A stretch of DNA of 64,000 bases, from the NCBI RefSeq assembly GCF_004010195.1, contig NC_057719.1, positions 70,730,692 to 70,794,691 on the forward strand, written 5' to 3'. This DNA is from Chiloscyllium plagiosum (lineage: Eukaryota). Positions 1 through 14,040 of the stretch are shown here, in pieces. A model generated the notes under the pieces. The model was not told the DNA's origin, did no database searches, and saw nothing but the letters and a program-made list of their open reading frames with translations. The position numbers and the translations under genes are program-made. The stretch's first letter is position 1, and each line of letters begins with the position of its first letter.

Positions 1-125
1 GATTGTTTTTATTACAGTGCTCTACCAGGCGTCTAACCTTTTCACTGTTTATTTTGAAAGAGTACATCCAAAAGATGCCCTGATTCTTCCTCTGCACAAG
101 ATGACCTGCCATAAGTATGCCTAAG

Positions 126-232
126 GAGAAAGTGAACCCTGCAAGTGCTGGAGGTCAGAATCAAGACTGTAGCGTTGGAAAAGCACAGCCGGTCAGGCAG
201 CATCCGAGCATTCGAGCATAAGCTCTTCATCA
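126..232 (-). mobile_element. Short Penelope-like-element-derived repeat (pLTR 3' end) with truncated hammerhead motif
   Basis: GAGAAAGTGA...GGAAAAGCACAGCCGGTCAGGCAGCATCCGAG matches the terminus of the GIY-YIG element at 43189-44406. Minus strand reads UGAUGA-A-GAGC-UUAU-GCUC-GAA. Confidence 0.75.
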
Positions 233-540
233 CCATGCATAGCTTTCCCATAGCTCCAAAACAGTTTGGTGAAGTCCAGAACTCAAGGAAGAATTGGGCT
301 GAGGCCAAGCATGAAGATGATGCGAGGGGCTAGTGCTTTGTCAAAGTCGAGTTGTATGGATGAAGGGTCAAGGAAAAGTGTGTCTATTGGAATCCTATGC
401 AGAAGAAGTGATACTGTATCAAGAGAAGCTAAAAGGTTTGCACAGCTATTCCGTGTGCTACAGTGAGCACTGTTGAGACAAGTTTGCTTTGTTTCTCCAT
501 CAAGATTTTGCACCATCGAGTTTCTTATTTGTGAAGAGGG

Positions 541-975
541 AGACAATAGACAATAGGCACAGGAGTAGGCCATTCTGCCCTTCGAGCCTGCACCACCATT
601 CAATATGATCATGGCTGATCATCCTTAATCAGGATCCTGTTCCTGCCTTATCCCCATAACCCTTGATTTCACTATCCTTGAGAGCTCTATCCAACTCTTT
701 CTTAAATGAATCCAGAGACTGGGCCTCCACTGCCCTCTGGGGCAGAGCATTCCACACACCTACCACTCTCTGGGTGAAGAAGTTTCTCCTCATCTCTGTC
801 CTAAATGGTCTACCCCATATTTTTAAGCTGTGTCCTCTGGTTCGGCACTCACCCATCAACGGAAACGTGTTTCCTGCCTCCAGAGTGTCCAATCCTTTAA
901 TAATCTTATATGTCTCAATCAGATCCCCTCTCAGTCTTCTAAACTCAAGGGTATACAAGCCCAGTCGCTCCAGTC
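541..975 (-). mobile_element. CR1 LINE 3' end (5'-truncated, relatively young)
   Basis: ORF 629-958 reads LEFRRLRGDLIETYKI...RTRGHSLK...RRNFFTQRVVGVWNALP, a typical CR1 ORF2 C-terminus. It is followed by a 3' UTR and an (AGACAAT)n tail at 541-556. Confidence 0.93.
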
Positions 976-3559
976 CAGTCTTTCAGATTTGAAGTGTGTT
1001 GTACTCTGGGCTATTAATAAGATGAAGTGTATGGAGATAGACTTCTTCCATCAACAGTGATATTCTGAGTTCTCCAACTCAGGCCCCAGTCCTTAATTTG
1101 GAAAGCTTTTCTTGAAGTTAAGAATCTGCTTTCTTTTGACTCCTGGAATGATTAATATCTCAATCACCATCATTCTCATCACATCAGAGAGGTCAGAAAT
1201 CTGCTCACAATGTTCTTTCTTGACATGGCCATGACTTAGATTAGGTTTGCAACTCAGGTCAGTCCCTCCCTTTCAAACTTCTTTTATTTTCCAAGAGCAG
1301 TTTAATTATCCTCAATCCTTGCTGGAGAGTACCATTTCCCACAGACTTGTATCAGATTAGAGATCATCATCTCAATGACAAGAGAATGATAAACCCGCTG
1401 AAACAGAATTGAAGATTTGCATTTTCCCTCATTTATTTCTCCAATGCATAGCCTTTGAATGTGCAGCATTAAATATATTGCACATTTAGACAAGCTATAT
1501 TTTCAATCAAGTGGTTTTAGCACACTTCTCTTGAGAGTGTAACTAATATTCTGAGGATTGTTTTTAAATGTATAAAGAGGGCATACTTGAGGAGATAGAA
1601 GGCTGAATTTACTGGAGGTGACGGTTTGATTGTTGTCCTGCCTCTCTGGGAAACTTCACTTGCTGCTGGGTCAATGCCACTAGCAGTGGATGAGACTGTT
1701 AAGTGGGGCTTAATTGGGGTGGAGGCAGCAGGGTCCCCAGTTGTTCCCTTGAATGATCTCCAACAATCAAATTTACCATGAAAGGGGATTACATTCCACT
1801 CAGAATATTTACTCTAGAAACATATTGCAATATAACAGTTCTCAAAAAATATTATTCATAACATTTCCAGAACCCAGCACATTAATGTACTTCAAAAGAA
1901 GAGCAAACTCTATAGTGCATCCGAATAAAAGTATCAGCCCAGGTCTCTCTCTCTCTATCCGCACTGCACAATATTCTATTTGTTTGATAGATTTAAGCCC
2001 ATTTTTCATACAGTTATAGTGCAACTTAATTTGCAACATGGTAAGTGGCAAGTGATTTTTTTTTTGCACATTGAAACAGGTCATTAACAGTAAACCAAAA
2101 TAATGCATCTGGGCTGAAAGGTTTGCTTTCCTCACGCTTTGATATTTTGGTGAAACTTGGTCCAGGTGGTCAGAGGTCCCACTGGAAATAGGTGAGAGCC
2201 TCATTAATGAATGAAAATCATAAGGTGAATAACATATTTATACTCCTCAATGCCATTTTCCTGTTTTCCCATAATGCTATTGCCAATTTAATTTTTCTTC
2301 AGAGATGCATGTTAAAATTAAAGCCAAAGAGACATTATCTGTCTAATATCCTTCTGAAATTATTGTCTCCAGTTAATATTTTGTCAGATTATTATATAAT
2401 TCTCCAGTTAATTCCTGTTAGCTCTTCCTGCATTTCTTTGAAGTTTAATTTTACACCAGTTGTTAGCACTATGTAATCTTGAATTTAATCATTTTCTGGT
2501 CAACATTCCCAAGGAAGTCGATTCTGTCTATATGAATGATTAAGACCAGAGGGGAAATGAGAATTTTTTTTTAAATCAGTGAGCAATTTTTGCCTCTAAC
2601 TTTCTTTCACTATGCACTGCTTGGCATTATTTCAGATTTCCATACAGCTACACATATGCACATCTTAAAGGGATTATTTCTTGTATACAAACTGTTAGGT
2701 TTCAACATTATAATTTTTGGATCAGCAGCCACCAGCCCATTTGAAATGGAAAATTGGCAGCAATGGGTTCTGATCTGGAATGTAGTCCCTAAAAGGAAAT
2801 GAAGGAGGAGCGAATAGTAGGTTTCAAGAAGAAATACTTGCAAAGATAAAATTTGCAGGCTGAGGGTGAAAAAGAAGGAACGTGGGTCAAATTGCATTGT
2901 TCTTTAAAAGAGCAGGCAGAGGCTCAATGGACTCTTACTCGGTTGTACAATTCCATAAACCTAAGACCTGGATAATCTCTAATCAACCTGTCTAAAGATG
3001 TCATCAGACACCTCTGGACCTTGTGGGACTTTGAACCGAGGATTCCTGACTCAGAGGTATAAACTGTACCACTGCACCACAAGAATCTTTATCCTTTACC
3101 TAATTGCTTTGTGCGAATTAAATTTTAAATTGTCTTTAGTAGTGGAGTTAATATCAATATTTACTACTTTTGCAGTTTTTTTCAACAGGCAACAGTAATG
3201 CGAAACAAATGAACTGTTGGTCAATCTGATCTATCTTTACCTCAAAAAGCCATATATAAAAATACTTTATATCCTAACATTTGGGAATGAGCATTTTTTA
3301 ATAGCAGAACAGGTTAGTATGCAGCATTAAAATGAGTGTTCTTAGCTTTGAGATACAATCAAAAAGAACCTAGACAAGACAGAGGTTAAGATCTTGGCAC
3401 TACATCATGCAATCTCTGATGTATGCTCTCTTTGAGGACATCCTTTGCATTAAGTCCAAATACTACTGCAGATTTGCAGACAATTAAACTTGTGGTTAGT
3501 TTTTTACTTAATTTCACAAGATAATAGGTATCTTCCACGAGACCATCAAATATCTGTGC

Positions 3560-6500
3560 GCTTGTCTTTTAAGTTGGTCCATATTTTTAGGGTAGTGTAA
3601 CCTGAGAGTTGAGCATACAAAAGCAGACATCTTTATTCTCCTGGCAACAAGTCATTGCAATCAAGAAGGGAAATGAAGGATAAACACTACAATATGGAAT
3701 TACCATCTAGCTTACACTGGGCTGAGGAATTCTTTGCCTGTCAGTCTGCTCTTTCTTCCCAGCAGTCTTTTGCCCACCAAAGACATTCTTTATTTTCCAG
3801 TTGGTCAGATGGACTACTCCAGATACCCTCACCCATTGTTGCCTCATGCTAATGGAGGTCTCAGAGAAGGGAATAGCTTCCTTGCTCAGTGCAATCACCA
3901 CCTGCTGTTGGAGGCCATGTAACACTCTCTCCTGCTTGAAACCTCCTGTCCCAGCACATACATACAGCATACAGTTGTAAAACCAGCCAGCTCAACGATG
4001 CCTAGAATATTCAAGAGTTCTTGAAAACAGAGAGTTTTAGTTTTGCGTTGCTGAAATGGGAAGAGTTGGGGTGACAGTGAGCGTTTTCCTGAGAAATCCT
4101 CCTCAACCTCTTATGTGTATTGGTACTTTACATGTAATCCAGGCTCTTTGCTAGACCACCTATGTCATTCGTGGTTCCAGGAATTGTAAGATCAGCAGTA
4201 CTTGTTCTTTCAGTTTCTCATCCAAGCAGGCCCTTTTCCAGATCAGGAATAGAATTCCATGCACTGGATACTCCTCCTGAATTCACAACTGGTCACTCTA
4301 GGATTCTGCATCACTATTACAGTCTAGGTGATGGGGTGAGGGTCGTGTAGCTCTGAGCAATGCCATAGACCTTGAAAAGATCTGCCAGGATTCTGTTCAT
4401 GAAGTTGTCCTTGATCAGTGTGAATCCAACATAGCACACAGAAGCAGACAAACCCTTTAGCTAGAGTTTAGGTCACAAGTGGGAATGGTCTGTATGAACT
4501 TGGGAGACACCTGTGGGTACGAGAATGTACTCAGTCTCATTACCACTTGGGTCAAAGATTGTGAAATCAATTGCCTGGGCCTTCCTTGTTAAAACCAGAT
4601 CCCCTTTAGGGGTGAAGTTGCTTCCCTGTTTTGTCTAAAGTAAACCTCTTTCAATTGCAAAAGTAATCATCACTATCAGCAGTCTTGCCAGGCCAGTAAT
4701 ACTGTTGTCTAGTCAGGGCAGGCATTGTTGCTGTCACTTGGCATCCTGCATGATCATCATTCGCTATAATGCTCTGTGAAGTATCATGCCTGATACACCC
4801 TTTCTCAACCACTCCGGCAGCATTCTCTGGTTTTCTCAGCAATCTATGCAGAGGGGCAGCCAACTGTGCATTGCTTTGCACAAACTTCCTACAGTAAACA
4901 ACAAGACCAACGAACACACACCATTCCCTCTCAGTCTGGGGCTCAGCCCAATCTCTACCAATTGGATTTCCTCATTGTCCAGAGTAATGTTTTCCTCAGG
5001 AAAAAAAAAAGTATTGTCTGTCTGGAAGAGCTGGCAAATCGAGTTTAATTTTTCAAGTTAAACTGTCAAAAGTGGGCTAAGGCCATGTCTACGTTTTGCA
5101 AACATCTCCTCAAATGTTGAGCTGAGGACGAATGTAATATCACAAGGAAATTAACAGCAAGCAAAAGTTTTATTTGTACGTAGTGGCAGGGGCATAATGG
5201 AGCCCTAAATGCATTTTATTGTATTCATAGTCCCCTGGTACTTTTTCAGAATGCTGCCTTTTTAATGACTTATTCAGAAATACTCTGCACCTTTGAGAAT
5301 TTCCTCAATGCTTTGTAGAGGGTTTTCATACTAATGAATATATGTGTTGAGTACAAATAATTAACACACATATTAAGTTTTCTGGATTTTTTTCCTCATC
5401 AGGATTATGGGAGAGGTATACAAACTTGATGATTTTTGGATAACACTTCACCATAAAGACTTCTGCAGATCAGCCCAGACTTCCTTCCAGTAACAGTGTG
5501 GGATACCTGCAGTAAAGAGTCTTTCCTCGGCAGTTATCTTATATCATAATCCCTTGGATTGTCATTCTATCTTTACTGGAAGACATCCTGTACTTGGCAA
5601 GATCAGAAACCAGCTTTTTGGTTGGTTTCATCCAACTTGCCAGTGTCTATTTTTGAAATGAGGTTAGCGATATCTCCTCCAGTCAGTCTACTGTCCATGC
5701 CAATGGCATGGTTTAAAGACATCCAAGGGTGTTCTTAGTTGGAGGTAAGCACTCTTGTCACTGAAATTGCCAATTTTCATGAGTATTTACCCTTTTCTCA
5801 TACAATGATGAGGGCAATTCCCAGCATTACACCAAGTGGGAGCTCTGCCACTTGTGACACGTGACACGATGTTGACCAGTTGCAAATGGCTGGAATGAGC
5901 TTCCAAGAATAATTATGGTGTGAGTGGATAAAAGAACAAGCTGATTCTATTCTACCTGAATGGCCCCATCTAGGTTGATGCAACTTGAGCACACAGAGTA
6001 AGGTCAAATGCCCTGTCTACCAACTTTGTAATGTGCTGCTCATAGCATTCACCAAATACATTTTCCACAGATGCCCAGGTATCTCCTCATATATTTGACC
6101 CTAACACTATAGGTTGTTTCAACTTTCTTTCCACTAGAATATTGGCCAAGTCACAAACAACCATTTCCCCCAGGCTGTGACTGAATACAGACAGGGAGAA
6201 CTTGGTGTAGCCATGATGGGACATATCTGACTCTGTTGAAAAGAGACTTAGATGAAGCAAGATACATCAATTAGTTTCCACTCATTAGCCAAATGCTCAC
6301 AGAGAAACTGGTGAATAAGGGTTGACACTTCCACTCCAGTGTTAATGAGACACGATGCTTCTACCTTCCCAAATTTCCCGAACACTTTATGCCCCACCTA
6401 GCTCTTGGTGAGAGAACCAAATAGTTTAATGCTTGGTAAGAAGGGAAGGATCTTGTACTGGATTGGAGCTCTGTGCTCGATAGTAGTGGTTGCTGATGGC

Positions 6501-7450
6501 AGTCTTGTTGATGTGCCCAGTACTATCACAATTCCAACACCACTTTAGACCAACCCTCGGGCAGAATCAGTTTTGAGACTGTCAAGGAGATAGGAGGTAA
6601 GGCTGGATCTGCCATCTTTTTCATCATCTGTTCCACCTGCCTCTTCAGCCTGATGTCTGCACTGATAATCACCTCCTTGCTCGTAGCCTCTTGCCTGGTC
6701 TTAGGATCCAATCTTATCCCCATAATCCAGATGATGTGATCCCATGCTCCAAAGAAAGATCATTGAGGTTTGTCACAATTAAGCCTCTTCAACTCTATTT
6801 GACGTTCCTTTCCCTCAAAGCTCCAGCAAGGCAGTCTCTCAGTATCTCATCAGTTGGAAGGAGGAATCCAGAGAAGAATGTGACCTAATAATTTAGAAGT
6901 TCTAAGCACATGAAAACCATGAAGTCGTGTTACTACTGACCTCAAAAGCCTTTGTCGGTATGTCAAAGTTCCACAGCAGATTCCTTTGAATATCTCAACC
7001 TCTTCTCAGTTTTTCCCAACAGTTTTTTTGTACACACATGCATTCATCACCAACTCCACCTGTTTGCTTATGTTATGGCCTCTGGCTGCCAAATACAGCT
7101 GTGCAGCCTCAATAGTCTTCAATTGCCAGACTATCTGCTGTTTCTGGTCTTTCACCAAATCTGCCCAGCTTCCTTCTTCATGGCAAGGAGAATACCTGAC
7201 CTGAAGTATTGCTTCTTTCCTCTGTATCATTAAAACAACTCACATGTAGAGTCTCTGTCCTTGCGTTTCAGTTAAAGGTCCAATTCCCTTTCCAATACTG
7301 GAGTCTCCAATTATCTCCAATCAGCTTTAGTCTCCCTTGCGTACATTGCTACTTCCAATTCTTCCATCATCTGCTCCTTCTTGGCCAGGCATCTTTCAAT
7401 CTTATCTGCAAAGAATTGATCCTTGAGCTGTGAAATCCTGCCAATTTCAG
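3560..7450 (-). mobile_element. Decayed Ty3/Gypsy LTR retrotransposon internal region (gag?-PR-RT-INT), pseudogenised; boundaries approximate
   Basis: Minus strand: protease-like KVEASCLINTGVEVST (~6325-6385); RT/connection FVGLVVYCRKFVQSNAQLAAPLHRLL (4830-4917); integrase Zn-domain-like DHAG..RQQYYWPG; integrase core AIDFTIFDPSGNETEYILV and IHTDQG (~4410-4580). Many stops and frameshifts; LTRs not recognised. Confidence 0.8.
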
Positions 7451-8859
7451 CAGAAATATAACATGAGATATGAACACACAGATGGCCGAAAGATCATGAA
7501 GCAAGAATTCCTTATTTCACTGACATCAGGTCAGCACAAACAAGGAAGAGAATTAAGACTAGCACTACACTATGTATTTGGAATAACCATGTCAGTTACT
7601 TTGGGCTTGGAAACTCTTTGTCTGTTTGTTCTCTTTTCCTAAAAGCCCTCTCTTCCACATTCTTTGTTCTGTGGTTGAAGTGAACATAATTGATACATTG
7701 AAAAGAAAGTTATACATGAATGACAAGCAATAAGAGGGCTATGCTGATAGAATTATCTGAAGAAAGATGAGAGGAGATACGATTGGAATGTAACTGGAGT
7801 CTTTGGACTGATTCATCTATTTCTACGTTGTATATACTATAACTCCACAGTTTGATAGGTTACCAACATAAATCCCTTTCCACAGCTTGGAAACAACTAA
7901 ATGCTAGTGTGGTTTATTGTTTTTAACATTCTCCTATTCAGCTTTCAGCATCAATTGTTACGTTGTGATAATTAATACAATCATGCAGAATGAGAGTGAG
8001 AGAATCTGAGTTGACCAAGAGTACTGAGCTGCAAAGGTTGGATAATACTAGATGGTAAAGGAGTTTAAAAGTATTCTAGCATTGGCTGCCAATTTCATTG
8101 GCTCTTTCTGCTCATTAAAAGGTTTGCATGCCACTTTACAAACTTGCATTGAAATCACTGACCTCTCTCAACTATAATCAGTTAAACACCTGTAAAAGAA
8201 GCTGTTAGTGAGATTTCCGGGTGCCATTGAATGTCATATTCACAATGAAAGTCACACTGTTCATTTACTTAGTGAGATCAGCTGAATACATTATATTCAG
8301 TGAAGACTTCTGAGACTGTTTGAGAATTTTGGTAAAAAATCAATAATACTCTAACAACCTTTAATCCAGAAATTCAAATGCCTCAACCTTTAGTACAGCA
8401 CCACCCCTAATGCGCATTCAAACCCTATTCACAAAATACATTTTTACATCTTTAAATCTGCAGATCTGTGGCAGACTGGACAAAATTTTAACTTGTACAA
8501 GCAAAAGGATTCCAGGGCAGCTTTTGTTATTTTTAACTTCACTGCTTGTGGGATAAAGTAGCAGATTGGGATGGTCAGTAATAATAAACTCATCTGATAT
8601 TCACTTCCTTTAAATTATATTAGTGTTCTAAACTGAACAGATGATTTGTCCTGATGGTTTACTGGAAATACAGTGAAGGTAAAAAATGATCTACTGAAAG
8701 TGCATTTGTTATTATGCTTATAATATATCCATGAATTCACTCATTACCCTGTTTTTGAAGAGATTGATAATGAGGATATGGAAGACAAGTGGATAGAAGC
8801 AGGAAGAGATATATAGTATTAACACTGAACACCCTCTCAAATTCACTGATAAGAAGACT

Positions 8860-9310
8860 TGTCATCACCTAAGTATACAGATGTCTTGCTACCATGGAAG
8901 CTGCCATGGTTATTTTGTATAATGTAAATCCAAGATCTGTTCATTGTTCAGTCACAGCAATATTCTTAAAGGGTTGCTTAGAGACCATTGCAACTCAAGC
9001 TGATGGCTTCACTCAAGTATCTAAGCTTAATAGCCGAAAACAAGGAAAATGAAGCACTTGAAACACTTTATGCTGTCTTGAGCAGGCAATCAGGATACTG
9101 AACTTCTCCTCAGGTGCCTCAATAGTTGAGAGGATCCATTAAATATAGCTCAACAAAGGCACTGAGAATTATGGCAGCTGACCTGCACAGTAATGTAGTG
9201 CTGACAGTACTAATCTTTCCGATTCTAGACAATGATGAGGAAGAAGCAAGAGACATCTACAGAGTATTGAGATGTTCAATCAAAATAATTCAGACTGTGC
9301 TGAGATTTAC
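8860..9310 (+). pseudogene. PIF/Harbinger (HARBI1-like) transposase C-terminal remnant
   Basis: Frameshifted translation gives CYHGSCHGYF...LKGLLRDH...LEQAIRIL..RCLN..GSIKYSSTKALRIMAA..LHSN. This resembles the DDE_Tnp_4 motifs YPGSxHD, LLGDxGY, IEQxIGxLKxRFRCL and LQYSP..CCxLHN. Confidence 0.6.
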
Positions 9311-9324
9311 CTGGAAACCAATTT

Positions 9325-9688
9325 AAGAGCATAGAAACAGAAACATAGAAAATTGGAGCAGAAGTAACCATTTGGCCTTTTGAGCCTGCTTTGCCAGTCA
9401 ATATAATTGTGGTTGATCATTCAACCCATTGCTTTTGATCCATTTTGCCCTGAGATTTATATCTAACTCCTTGAAAATGAACAATAATTTACACTCGACC
9501 ACTTGCTGTGGCAGAGAACACAACAGGCTCATCACTCTCTAGGTGAAGAATTTTCACTTCAATTCAGTCTAATTGGCCTATTCAGTTTACTTTCTTCCTC
9601 TATTTATCTTGTCTAGTCCTGTTAGAATTTCCTAGGTGTCTATGAGATCCCTTTGAATCTTCTAAACTCCAATGAATATAGTCTTCAG
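9325..9688 (-). mobile_element. Old CR1 LINE 3' end
   Basis: (CATAGAAA)-type tail at ~9329-9350, then sequence similar to the 541-975 copy (GGCAGAG...CACTCTCT.GGTGAAGAA...TCTTCTAAACTC). Confidence 0.8.
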
Positions 9689-9689
9689 C

Positions 9690-10030
9690 AACAATGTGTA
9701 CCATCTACAAGATGCACTGCAGAAATACACCAAGGCTCCCAGATGGCACCTTCCAAACCATGACTGCAATCATCTAAAACGACAAGAGCAGCAGATACAA
9801 AGGAATGCCACTTCCTGCAAGGTTCCCTCCAAGCCACTCGACATCCTGACCTGGAAATATTGCCATTCCCTCTGTGTTACAGGATGTAAATCCTGGAATT
9901 CCCTTTCTAATAGCATTGAAGATGTAGCTGTAGTAATTCGAGAAGGTAGTCCAATGCCCCCACCTTCTCATGGTCATCTAGGGATGGAGCCATAAATGCC
10001 TGCCTAGCCAAATACATCTGTTTCACATGA
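9690..10030 (+). mobile_element. 3' end of a second non-LTR retrotransposon family (CR1/L2 group)
   Basis: Frameshifted CTIYKMHC...HLPN...VTGCKSWNSLSNSI (the WNxLP motif of CR1/L2-group RT C-termini). Its tail AGGGATGG..ATAAATGC..GCCTAGCCA is shared with the SINEs at 23084-23240 and 58420-58760. Confidence 0.7.
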
Positions 10031-10270
10031 AAAGGTAGAAAACAAGTATCTTGAGATGTTTTAATCCTGTCCAAATATGTCATATAAATACAAATTATTT
10101 ATTCAAGTTCGCTGTTAAAGAATCACCAATTCTGTATGCAGGCAACCCTGCTGGTATGGGTTATCTTGCAGCTAAAGCTCCAAACACAAATTTCCTTCTG
10201 ACTGCTCCATGGCAAGGATCAAATGCAAAGTGAGGTAAGAATTGGCAGACATGTTAGAATCTGAACCTGA

Positions 10271-13200
10271 GGGCTGGGTTTTCACCTCTCTGATGCAGTA
10301 AGTATGGTAACACAAGAATTAAAACATCAGACTCTCGACATCCAAACATTTCCCTTCAAACTTTAAATGGCAACTTCAGGATCATGCTGTTGAGCAGTGA
10401 TGACCTTATTTCAATGCATTTGAATCTCTTTAAAAGCCCAACCCATCCTCTCATTTTCAATTCTCCAATTCCTAACCGATAAAACTGAGTAGTTTACCAA
10501 CTGCCCAACCCAGCCACCTTTCAAATGCTTCTTCTGAACAACACCCCTGCAAGCACAATGGCCAGCAATGTCTCCAACCTTTCATCCACATAACTGCCCA
10601 TTGGCAAATGACCACCAGTCTAAACGAGTTATCAAGTCTACTCTTGGACTAACTCAGACACCACTTCACCACTGCAGCACTCTGAGCTGCCAGACATCTA
10701 TGCTTTAGTCAAATTGCTTTGTACACAGCGACAGCCATGCATCTCACTAAACTAGAGGATGTTTTTGCAGAAACATAGATGCAGTCTTTGATGGTTCTTA
10801 GATTGCTTTCTTAGCACTCACTCATTTTGCATTTACTTGGTTACTGCCAGCCTCTGTGTGGGTAGTTTGCTTTCTGAGCAAACAAGGTCATCGACTCTTA
10901 GTTACAGACTGCCAGTATGTGCTCTGCAGTTTAGCTTGTTTTTCAGAACAGGAGGAGAATCAGGCAGCTTGTGATGTTAAGAACACTGAACAGGAATCTG
11001 AGTGAACATGTCACTGTACGGCATTGTCTTACATCAATGTCAGAGCTGCAGCTTGTGCCAGCAGCTTACATGACAAACCTACTTGCACATGCTTCAAGCA
11101 AGTGGCAATATGTGAGAGTCAAAAGGGAACAGTCCTTAGTAAGTGAAATGGGACTACAGTCAGTCAGGGGGCACTGCCGTGCTCAGTCGAGAGCCTCATC
11201 CTATTCATAGAACTAATGTCAAATAGCTCTTTAGGCATCTGGCAGGATATTATGTCTGAGCCATGAAATCTCTCATGATAGCCACCAGGTCGACGGGAAT
11301 CCTAAGGAATCTCCTCTTCACATTTCCATTATTAGTAACCCTTCACTGTTTTGTTTTGTGTGCAGGGTGCTATGTTGCCTTGAAATGCTTCAGCCTCCCC
11401 TGAAGGGCCTGTTGTTCCCACAAGTGGCAGCACGCTGTGTAGCTATTCTTGGCTGACCCCTGTGTTATGTGGGAGAGTGGACAAGTGAATGTCCCTACTG
11501 TACACTTCACAGCATTGAATGCCAGCATGCTGCTTTGAAAAGCTGACAAATTGACTGAACCTTTCCCTGTAGATTTTGTGCTGTCACTCATAAATACAGA
11601 ATGATGTATGCAGGTCACCTCTAACATTCCTCTAATTTGTGTTCAGCTTCAGAGGAGTCCAAAGTGAAACACTTTGGCTGCAGTCTTTGCATCGTGGTTC
11701 AAACATCCCTGATGTCTGAGGCTTTCTGCACTCAAGGAGTCAGTTTCTTGTGAAAAATGAACAATGTGTTTCCATTAGAACTTCATTCATCCTTGGGATG
11801 TCTGAAGAGGATGCTGCCAGTCCATATGTGAATTTTACTCCATAACTTGGTGTTGCTAATTGCTATACAGATCTGTTGGCTAACAGCTGGTGTGTTGATG
11901 TTCACACTGTCTTCTTGCTATGGAAATGGGCAGTAAAACTGCTCATTGCCACTGGCTATTTCAGCTAAAAAACCAGAGTGGAGGCAGTAGGATCCAGCAC
12001 TGCCTATAGTAGTTGATCCTTCACCACCTTTCTGTGTCTAACTGTAGCTCCAAACTAAAGGCCACTGAAAATAGGCAAGACTTAACCAGGTCCAACTGTG
12101 AAAATCATACTGGAGCTGACATTTTATCAAAGCATGTGAAAATATATTAACAAAAGTTGTTTACAATGATGTAGCGCCAATAAAATGAAGTGCCCTTTCC
12201 CATTTACAACATCAAGTACAGGCCCTATTTCCACAACCTGTAGTTGACCTGTTGTTTGAAAGAATTAGGCCATCATCCTGGAGTGCATTTGGGCCTAGAT
12301 AGCCCAGGACTGTGAAGACACCCCTGCTTACCCTCATCAGCTTGTACTGCTGTCAGCTTTGGAATCACATGCAGGGGGATTGAGCTCCTCTGGAGTGTCC
12401 TGAAAAGAAGCTTCTGAAGTGCCTACTCTCACTTCCCTGGCTCCCTGAGAGGAAAGGACATTGGACCACAACCCTGTCTCACCTTGTCATTGATGCTGAA
12501 CACTGATGGCTAAAGGAATAGAGTTCAGCTACTGAGTATTTTGCCAGATCCGAGTCTCCATGGGAATCATCAGCCTGTTTATGGACGCAACCAGGTATAC
12601 TCAAGTCTGAGCCAGCGCAGTGCTGAGAATGTTCGTGGGCTCGTACATCCTTGGATACAGCCTAATGACTGTCTCTGGCAGACCTGCCTTAATGTACCTG
12701 TGCCTGTATCTGCAGTCTGAATACGTCAGTAATTACCAAGAATAGGGCATGTCTTCAACTTGGGGCTAAGCAGGTTCCTGGGGATCTCTGCAATATGTCT
12801 GAGTGTCAGAGTCATATGAATTTCTTACTTGGCTAACTGCAGAGATGCATCAGTGATGTACTCACCAGACTGTGCCATGATAATACATACCAAGATGAAT
12901 GCCCTCCCACTGATGGTTCACAGGTACATTTCCCCCTATTTTCCATCTGCAGACCTCCAAGGCCACATGCATTAGTGACTTCTGCACACATTGATCAATG
13001 TGCGTGGAACCTCAACATGCCATTATAGGAAATTTTCCTGAACGTAATCTAGGAATGTTGACCCCTCTCCACATTTAATATTATCATTGTCCCAGTTTAC
13101 ATTGGGGTAGTTCCCAGTTTAACATCTCAATGATGTTGAGATCTGTCTGTCCCTACATCCTTCCCACTGGCTTGTGGTCTATCGAGTACACTAAGCAATG

Positions 13201-14040
13201 TAATTGTCACAAGTGGCTCTGTGTTTGAGCAAATCCAGAGGCTTATCCTTGTGGAGCATGAAAAGCCTAATGTCTGCCTCCCCCTGTTCATCTCGGTACT
13301 CTCTGTCCACGTGTGAGACAGTTCTCCTGCAATGACAGAAAGCGAGAGATTGAGTATGATGGAACTGGATAAAAGAGCAGGAAGTAGTCCTTCATGAGCA
13401 GGAGAGGTGGTCAGTGAGTAGAAAGGTCAGAAGGCATTAAATGTTCGTAATTGCAGAAGATGAGGTGAGTGACAGTCATTGAGTGGACATGCTGCATTCA
13501 ATACTGAGGCCTGTAGTCTATGAACGTTGGTGAGATGCCTGTGCAGTGGCAGAGTTACAGTGAGTGGTGCCCCTGAGAGTGTGATGTCACAGATTGTGCC
13601 AAATACCCTTGCAGAATGCAGGAGGTCATTTACCTTACTTCTGCACTGCTGGGCATCATGTTCCTTTTAGGCTTCAAAGTTCCATATACCGTGATCGAGT
13701 GTCGTTGCAATTGGAATTCATTGATACGTATTGTTAAACTTCAGGGTGGAACAACACAGCTTGAAGGTTAGTTCCTAACTTGTAGCATCTAACATAGTGG
13801 GGAACTGAGCTTCAAATGTCATAGGCATGTAAGCTGTGTAATTGGATCTCCAAAAGCTGGTGGCAATAGTAATGGAGGGCACTGAGCAAGGAGCTGAGCG
13901 ATTCTGTGGGAGCTCCACCAGTTGTTGGTAGTGTGAGGTGGGACAGTTGGAGGAGTTAAATGGCCTCTTGTTGGAAAAGCAAGAATCTTTGGGGAGAAAG
14001 GTCTGACAGGAATGGAGGGAGACAGACAAAGGAATTTGTC
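10271..14040. mobile_element. Putative decayed two-gene Harbinger element (transposase remnant on +, Myb/SANT-like remnant on -); boundaries uncertain
   Basis: TIR-like GGGCTGGGTTTTC at 10271. Plus strand ~11015-11070 reads LSY..MSELQ, like a Harbinger transposase N-terminus. Minus strand 13606-13663 reads EHDAQQCRSKVNDLLHSAR followed by GT, like the end of a Myb/SANT-like domain. Confidence 0.45.
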
